Virus record (IMG/VR): IMGVR_UViG_2636416124_000002
Span: 1 to 64,000 of that record
Strand: one strand, 5' to 3'
Source of the DNA: a virus
Taxonomy: Duplodnaviria; Caudoviricetes
DNA: 64,000 nt
The notes under the pieces are model-generated. The model saw nothing but the letters and a program-made list of their open reading frames with translations, had not been told where the DNA came from and made no database searches. The translations under genes were made by a program, and so were the position numbers. Below are positions 58,983 through 64,000 of this stretch, piece after piece; position 1 is the first letter of the stretch, and each line of letters starts with the position of its first letter.

Positions 58983-60155
58983 ATGCCCAGCACCGCACTC
59001 CGCGTCTACGTCCGCAACCCCACCCTGGAACGCATCGGGCAGATCGACGACTACACCAGCCTCACCGTCATGCCCCGCTACAACGGAATCGGCAGATTCA
59101 CCCTCGAAGTCTCCGCCGACTCGAGCAAGGCGAATCTCCTGGCCGAAGGCAACGGGCTGATCATCCGCACTGCTGACGGCACCCTCGTCGACTCCGGGCC
59201 GATCCGCGCCGTCGACTGGTCCCGCTCCAATGACGACTCTGGCGCCGGGAAACTCACCGTCAACGGGCTTTCCGACACGGAGATCTTGGACCGCTACACC
59301 TGCTGGCCTGCCCCCGGCAGCGCGATCGGGTCGCAGACGGACACGGTCTACAAGATCAGCGCCGTGGTGGCCGAGACGGCGATGCGGACCCTCGTCAACG
59401 CTAACGCCGGGCCCGGAGCACTGGCTGCCCGCAAGAACCCGCTTCTCACCCTCGCCGCCAACGGGAACCGTGGGCCGACGATCACCCGGCAGCTCAACCA
59501 GTTCGACAGCCTCCTCGTCGTCCTCCAGGACATAGCGAACGCCGCCGGGCTCGGGTTCCGTGTTGTTCAGGTCGGCGGCGGCCTTCAGTTCCAGGTGTAC
59601 GAGCCCGTCGACCGGTCCGGCACCGCACGGTTCGCGTTCAACCTCGGGAACCTCACCGACGCCAACTACACCACCACGCCACCCACATGCACCCGGGCCA
59701 TCGTCGTCGCCGGCGGGCAGACCTCCCCGCGGTCCTGCAAAACAGTCGACCGGGCGGACCCGCTCTTCCCTGGGTTGGTCCTGGAGCAGTTCGTCGACTT
59801 GACCAGTGTCGACACGGCATCGGTCGACCTGGTGGCGCAGATGGATCAGGCAGCCAGCGAGGCCCTGACCGCCGGTGCCGGGCAGGGCTCGCTGGCGATC
59901 AGCCCGATCGATATTCCGCTGCTCCAGTACGGGCGGGACTACCAAGTCGGCGACACGGTGTCCGCGAAGGTCCGCGAGACGTGGATGACCGACGTCGTTC
60001 GCGAGGTCACCCTGTCCTGCACCGCCGGGGACGGCACCACCGTCAAGGCCGCCGTCGGATCGACCGACGGCGACGGCACCGTGGCCCGCATCTACAAGTA
60101 CCTCGCCCAGGTCAAGAAGGACCTCGGGCGCGTCAAGACCAGGAAGGCGGCCTGA
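58983..60155 (+). CDS. Minor tail/baseplate hub protein (Gp37-like)
   Basis: Position, plus YGRDYQVGDTV near the C-terminus. Confidence 0.75.
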   Translation: MPSTALRVYVRNPTLERIGQIDDYTSLTVMPRYNGIGRFTLEVSADSSKANLLAEGNGLIIRTADGTLVDSGPIRAVDWSRSNDDSGAGKLTVNGLSDTEILDRYTCWPAPGSAIGSQTDTVYKISAVVAETAMRTLVNANAGPGALAARKNPLLTLAANGNRGPTITRQLNQFDSLLVVLQDIANAAGLGFRVVQVGGGLQFQVYEPVDRSGTARFAFNLGNLTDANYTTTPPTCTRAIVVAGGQTSPRSCKTVDRADPLFPGLVLEQFVDLTSVDTASVDLVAQMDQAASEALTAGAGQGSLAISPIDIPLLQYGRDYQVGDTVSAKVRETWMTDVVREVTLSCTAGDGTTVKAAVGSTDGDGTVARIYKYLAQVKKDLGRVKTRKAA

Positions 60156-60157
60156 GC

Positions 60158-61176
60158 ATGGCCGAGTTCAGTGCGCCGTTCGACGAGTCGCCGATCGCCA
60201 CCCAGTCCCAGTGGTCCCGCATGGCCCGACGCTGGGGGCTCGACGGTATTCACGCCCCGACCCCGACAGCACCACGCTGAAGGTCGCCGGGAACGGCACC
60301 GGCAACGTCACCCTCCAGCCGGGCGAGGCGTTCGTCAACGGGTTCTACTACCTCAACGACGCCGTCAAGAACATCGCCGTCACCCCCAACGCCGGAACCG
60401 TCGCCCGCATCGACCTCGTCGTCCTCCGGGCCAGCATGAGCGCCAAGTCCGTCGTCGCCGCATACAAGACCGGCGGCAGCAGCGCCCCCACGCTGTCCGC
60501 CGACGAGGACGGGGTGTACGAGATCCCGCTCGCCCAGTGCACCGTCGCCGCCGGATCCTCCGTCGTCACCGCCGTCAACGTGCTGGACCGCCGCTGGTTC
60601 ACCGACAGCGGGGCCACCCCCAGCCTCCCCGGGGCCCGCCGGCCCAGCGTCCGCGGACGGCTCCTCACCGAGAGCGGGCGCCTGTACATCGGGGACGGGG
60701 CCACCTGGCAGTGGATCGGATCCCCGGGCGTGGAGGAGGGCACGTACACCCCGCAGTGGTCCGCTGGTACCAGAAACTTCCACTGGGGCACGGACGCCGT
60801 CAATCGCGGGATCTACCAGGTGCGTGGGCGGCGTGTTGATGTGTCGATCCGTGTGCTCGTGGCGTCCAACCCGGGCGGCTCCGGCTACCCGGATCCGCTC
60901 GGGGTGTCTCTCCCGCCGGGCTATCCGTGCACGACGACGGAGCGGTCGCTGTTCGTGTGGAACTACACCTCGGAGAACGGTGAGGGGTCCGCGATTGGGG
61001 TGGCGACGACTCTCCCGACCACGTCCACCACGAAGATCGCCCGCCTGCGGTACTCCATGACGAACGGCGCCAGCCAGTCCGCGGTGCCGAACGCCTACAG
61101 CATGTTCGTCAATACCCCTTTCAACATCCGCAACGGCGACGTCATCGACATCACCGGCTCCTACTGGACCACCTGA
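60158..61176 (+). CDS. Minor tail protein (frameshift in C run near 60256)
   Basis: VTLQPGEAFVNGFYY...RIDLVVLR...YEIPLAQ..V pattern of actinophage minor tail proteins. Confidence 0.75.
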
Positions 61177-61195
61177 CCCCTGAAAGGAACTCTCC

Positions 61196-62974
61196 ATGCG
61201 GCACCTCTTTGGGGGATCTACCAGTGACTACGCCATGGAGCAGGTCGGCAACCAGCTCCTGCTCCGGCCCGGGGCAACCGGCACCGTGTGGGATGCGGTG
61301 ACCGGTGGCACCCAGCTCACCGACCTGACCGACACCAGCGGCCTCCCCATCACCAGTGTGGTCGCAGCAGCGGACGGGTTCGTCGCCTTCTACGGGCCTG
61401 AGGACGCCACCACGGTCTACCTCGATTTTGGGCTCGGCCGCCGGTACGCCATGGTCGCCTCGGACATTGCCGAGATCGTCTCCGCACGGGTCGCCGGAGT
61501 GCAGTCCGCCGCAGCCGATGACGCAACCGCAAAGGCTGCCGACGCACAGTCCGCAGCCATCGCCACGGCCGGAGCGAATGCTGCCGCCCTGTACCTGCCG
61601 AACGCCATCACCACGATCGACAGCATCATCAACCCCGCCACGCCCGTCGCCCCCGTGTACTTCGCTCACAGGGGTGGCGGCATGGTCCGCCCCGAGCACA
61701 CCCTGGTCGCCTACCGGGCTGCTGCCGCGATGCGGTACCCGCTCGAAATCTCCGTCAACGTGGACGCCAGCGGCGAGCTGTGGTGCCTGCACGACCCGAC
61801 CGTGGACCGGACCACGAACCGGACGGGGAACCTCAACGGGTACACGACGGAGGAGATTGGGCAGCAGATCCAGACGAACTCCCGGTCGCTGCTCGGCGCC
61901 GGCTGGGCGGAGCAGCGGCTGGTGCCGCTCAGGCAGGTGCTGGATGAGTTCTTGGGCCGGGTGCCGATCCTGCTAGAGCCGAAAGCAAATGATGCGGTGG
62001 TGCCCACCCAGCAGTTGCTGGACGCCTCGTACCCGCACGCCCCGCGCAGCGTGATTTGGAAGTGCCACATAGGCACCCTGTCGCTGCCGTGGGCGAAGGC
62101 GCGTGGCTACCGGACGTGGGTGTATCTGGATGCGGGGACCAGCGACTCGACGATGGACGGCAAGGACAGCCTCGTCGACTACTGGGGTGTGAACACGACG
62201 TTCACCGACACCCGGATCAGCCAGGTTGTGGCCCGGGGGAAGCCCGTCTTCGCGTGGGCGGTGTACAGAAGGTCGCAGGTCGCGCGACTGACCGGGCTGG
62301 GTGTGGTTGGCATCATGGCGTCTGATCCCCGGTATGTGTCGACGTCGGCTCCGATGCGCACGGCGTCCCGGTGGGATTTGCAGATCAAGGAGCCTGGGTG
62401 CACGCCGACGATCGACTACGACCCTGACTACGCGCTGCAGTTCGCCCCGTCGCCGGACGTGGGTTGGGTGTCGATTCCGGCGGTGCCGTTCCAGTCGGTG
62501 GGCCTGGGCACGTACTGCCCGGTGGCTGCCGGGGCGGGTGGGTACCGGATCAGCTTCGACATGAAGTTCAAGGTGCTGCCGGGGACGAGCACTCTGCACG
62601 GCGGGATCTACTTCGGGAAGCAGAGCGACGATGCGTACAGGTTCAGCCAGTCGAACGCGACGGGCGGTTATCACCTGGTGATGCGGGCGAACGGCCAGAT
62701 GCAGCTGAACAAGCACACGGCGGGGTCGACGTCGGGTACGACGATGGGTTCGGCGATTGCGACGACGGCTCCGACGGCTGATGGGGTGATGTCTTTCCAG
62801 GTGAATGTGACGCCGACGACTGTGGAGGTGCGGCGCACGGACGGTACGGGGTGGACGACGGGCGCCCTGGCGGATACGACGTACCGGGGCGGGTATTTCG
62901 GCCTGTCGAACGGTTCGATCACGGATGTGGCGACGCGCCCGTACTGGCGGAACCTGGTGGTGACCCAGCTGTGA
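61196..62974 (+). CDS. Tail spike with glycerophosphodiester phosphodiesterase (GDPD)-like domain
   Basis: FAHRGGG...PEHT..AY, LHDPTVDRTT, ILLEPK, AWAV...GVVGIMASDP; beta-rich C-terminal domain. Confidence 0.8.
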   Translation: MRHLFGGSTSDYAMEQVGNQLLLRPGATGTVWDAVTGGTQLTDLTDTSGLPITSVVAAADGFVAFYGPEDATTVYLDFGLGRRYAMVASDIAEIVSARVAGVQSAAADDATAKAADAQSAAIATAGANAAALYLPNAITTIDSIINPATPVAPVYFAHRGGGMVRPEHTLVAYRAAAAMRYPLEISVNVDASGELWCLHDPTVDRTTNRTGNLNGYTTEEIGQQIQTNSRSLLGAGWAEQRLVPLRQVLDEFLGRVPILLEPKANDAVVPTQQLLDASYPHAPRSVIWKCHIGTLSLPWAKARGYRTWVYLDAGTSDSTMDGKDSLVDYWGVNTTFTDTRISQVVARGKPVFAWAVYRRSQVARLTGLGVVGIMASDPRYVSTSAPMRTASRWDLQIKEPGCTPTIDYDPDYALQFAPSPDVGWVSIPAVPFQSVGLGTYCPVAAGAGGYRISFDMKFKVLPGTSTLHGGIYFGKQSDDAYRFSQSNATGGYHLVMRANGQMQLNKHTAGSTSGTTMGSAIATTAPTADGVMSFQVNVTPTTVEVRRTDGTGWTTGALADTTYRGGYFGLSNGSITDVATRPYWRNLVVTQL

Positions 62975-63014
62975 TGCCGGGCAGGGGATACCGGCCACGG
63001 GCGCTCGCCTCCTG

Positions 63015-63599
63015 CTACTTGGCCGGGACGTCCCACTCCAAGGGTTCGTCCAGTGCGTCGGGGGCGTAGACGATGCGGGCGGGCCGCTGGCCGCTGGGGA
63101 CGGGGAAGGGGATCTTCCCGCGCACGCAGCGATCCGTCTTCACCATCACGTCGTTGGGGAATTCGGGCTTGGGCATGTCGCCGCCGCTGAGCCCAGTGGC
63201 TTGGATACGGGTGCCGCCCTCGTAGTCGAGGGACCAGGGGAACTGGCTGACGCTGATGGTTTCGCCCTTGACGTTGCAGACCTTGGCCTCGACGGTCGCC
63301 CAGACGTCGCCGCCGAGCTCGCTGGTGGGTGGCTGGGGGCCCTGGACGGGCTGTGTATAGGCGATGACGGTGGCGTTGAAAGTGACGTTGTTGGGCGCGT
63401 CGTTGATGTCTGCGGTGTCGCCGATATCGAAGGTGGTCTGCTGCTCGGGCTCGGGCGTCGGGCTGGGCGTGGTGGGCGACGGTTCGGGTGTGGCGTCGCT
63501 CTTGGTGACGGTGGCCTTCTCGGGTTCGCTGCTGCACCCGGTGAGGGTGAGCAGGGCAGCCGCGAGGGCGACGGCGGTGATGGTGGTGCGGGTGCGCAT
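63015..63599 (-). CDS. Lipoprotein, DUF4352-like (lysogenic-conversion moron)
   Basis: Signal peptide with lipobox LTGC, Pro/Thr linker, and an Ig-like domain (WATVEAKVCN...CVRGKIPF). Confidence 0.75.
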   Translation of the reverse strand: MRTRTTITAVALAAALLTLTGCSSEPEKATVTKSDATPEPSPTTPSPTPEPEQQTTFDIGDTADINDAPNNVTFNATVIAYTQPVQGPQPPTSELGGDVWATVEAKVCNVKGETISVSQFPWSLDYEGGTRIQATGLSGGDMPKPEFPNDVMVKTDRCVRGKIPFPVPSGQRPARIVYAPDALDEPLEWDVPAK

Positions 63600-63656
63600 G
63601 GTCCCCCCAGGGATGGTGGCGTAAGTGGCCATCATCGGGGGCGGTGCGGGCAGCTG

Positions 63657-64000
63657 TCAGGCGTTGTCGCTATCAAGCTCTGCGCGTAGCCGGTGAAGTC
63701 TCTCGCCTGCCCAGCACCGGGAGGTCTTTGCGGCAAGGGTTCGAACCGCCTCGTCAGAGGAGTGGTAGGCGGCGGCCAGGAGGCGGAGCCACTCGGACTC
63801 AGTCCACGCTGTGCTGTTGTGGTAGCAGGTCACCTTGGCCCGGTGGTCGCGACTGGGCGGGCAGCCGACCTCGACGAGAGGGTAGGAGTAGCGGCCGATG
63901 ATGAGGTCGCAGTGCGGGTGCCCGTCGACTCCGGCGGCGACGGCTTCCTCGGCGCCTTCGGCGCGGCGCCAGTCCCCGTCGATGATGATGGCCGGGTCGT
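63657..64000 (-). CDS. Hypothetical protein, 5' end outside the window
   Basis: Open frame ...DPAIIIDGDWRRAEG...RAELDSDNA* runs to the window edge. Confidence 0.5.
   Translation of the reverse strand, partial: DPAIIIDGDWRRAEGAEEAVAAGVDGHPHCDLIIGRYSYPLVEVGCPPSRDHRAKVTCYHNSTAWTESEWLRLLAAAYHSSDEAVRTLAAKTSRCWAGERLHRLRAELDSDNA

Larger units (their letters stand above)
1..64000. mobile_element. Temperate siphovirus prophage of an actinomycete (probably Streptomyces), right end beyond the window
   Basis: Integrase, repressor/Cro, recombination, replication, terminase, portal, capsid, tail tube, tape measure and tail spike genes run continuously, with no host housekeeping genes. GC content is high and ATGA/GTGA gene overlaps are frequent. 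Confidence 0.95.

Noticed and set aside
97-60260. Calling the frameshifted genes pseudogenes
   Set aside because: The lesions are uniform single-base losses in C/G runs with no accompanying nonsense mutations or deletions. Sequencing error is more parsimonious, though not proven.
1-64000. CRISPR array, IS element, rRNA or intact canonical tRNA
   Set aside because: I saw no regularly spaced repeat-spacer array, transposase motif or normally ordered cloverleaf. The repeat clusters found are iterons, operators or clt.

Overview
The whole window is one high-GC, actinomycete-type (most likely Streptomyces) temperate siphophage, apparently read from its integrase end. It contains a tyrosine integrase, a repressor/Cro switch, RecE/RecT-like recombination genes and an initiator-DnaC-DnaB replication module. 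About 40 small early genes follow, then head, tail and tail-spike genes. No lysis cassette or right att site is visible before base 64000. Four things are not ordinary. (1) From about 22.9 to 36.3 kb the prophage carries a Streptomyces plasmid-type conjugation module: a second iteron-bearing initiator, GntR regulators, two kilB-like genes, a DUF2637-like spread gene, traA, an FtsK-like traB, a clt-like array of about 12 (C/G)TGACA(C/G)N repeats and a stand-alone paralogue of the TraB DNA-binding wing. (2) At 40372-40495 there is a circularly permuted, anticodon-less tRNA-like RNA (T arm, looped acceptor stem, D arm; YrlA/Y-RNA architecture) with no Ro/Rsr gene nearby. It overlaps the 3' end of a candidate HEPN RNase gene. 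(3) The minor head-terS-terL-portal block is inverted and divergent from the capsid/tail operon. (4) Several small counter-oriented repressor cassettes each sit beside their own palindromic operators, and one leads an operon with a RelA/SpoT-type HD hydrolase. About 15 genes carry single-base frameshifts, nearly all in C/G homopolymers, which look like sequencing errors. All product names come from motif recognition only; no searches were run.
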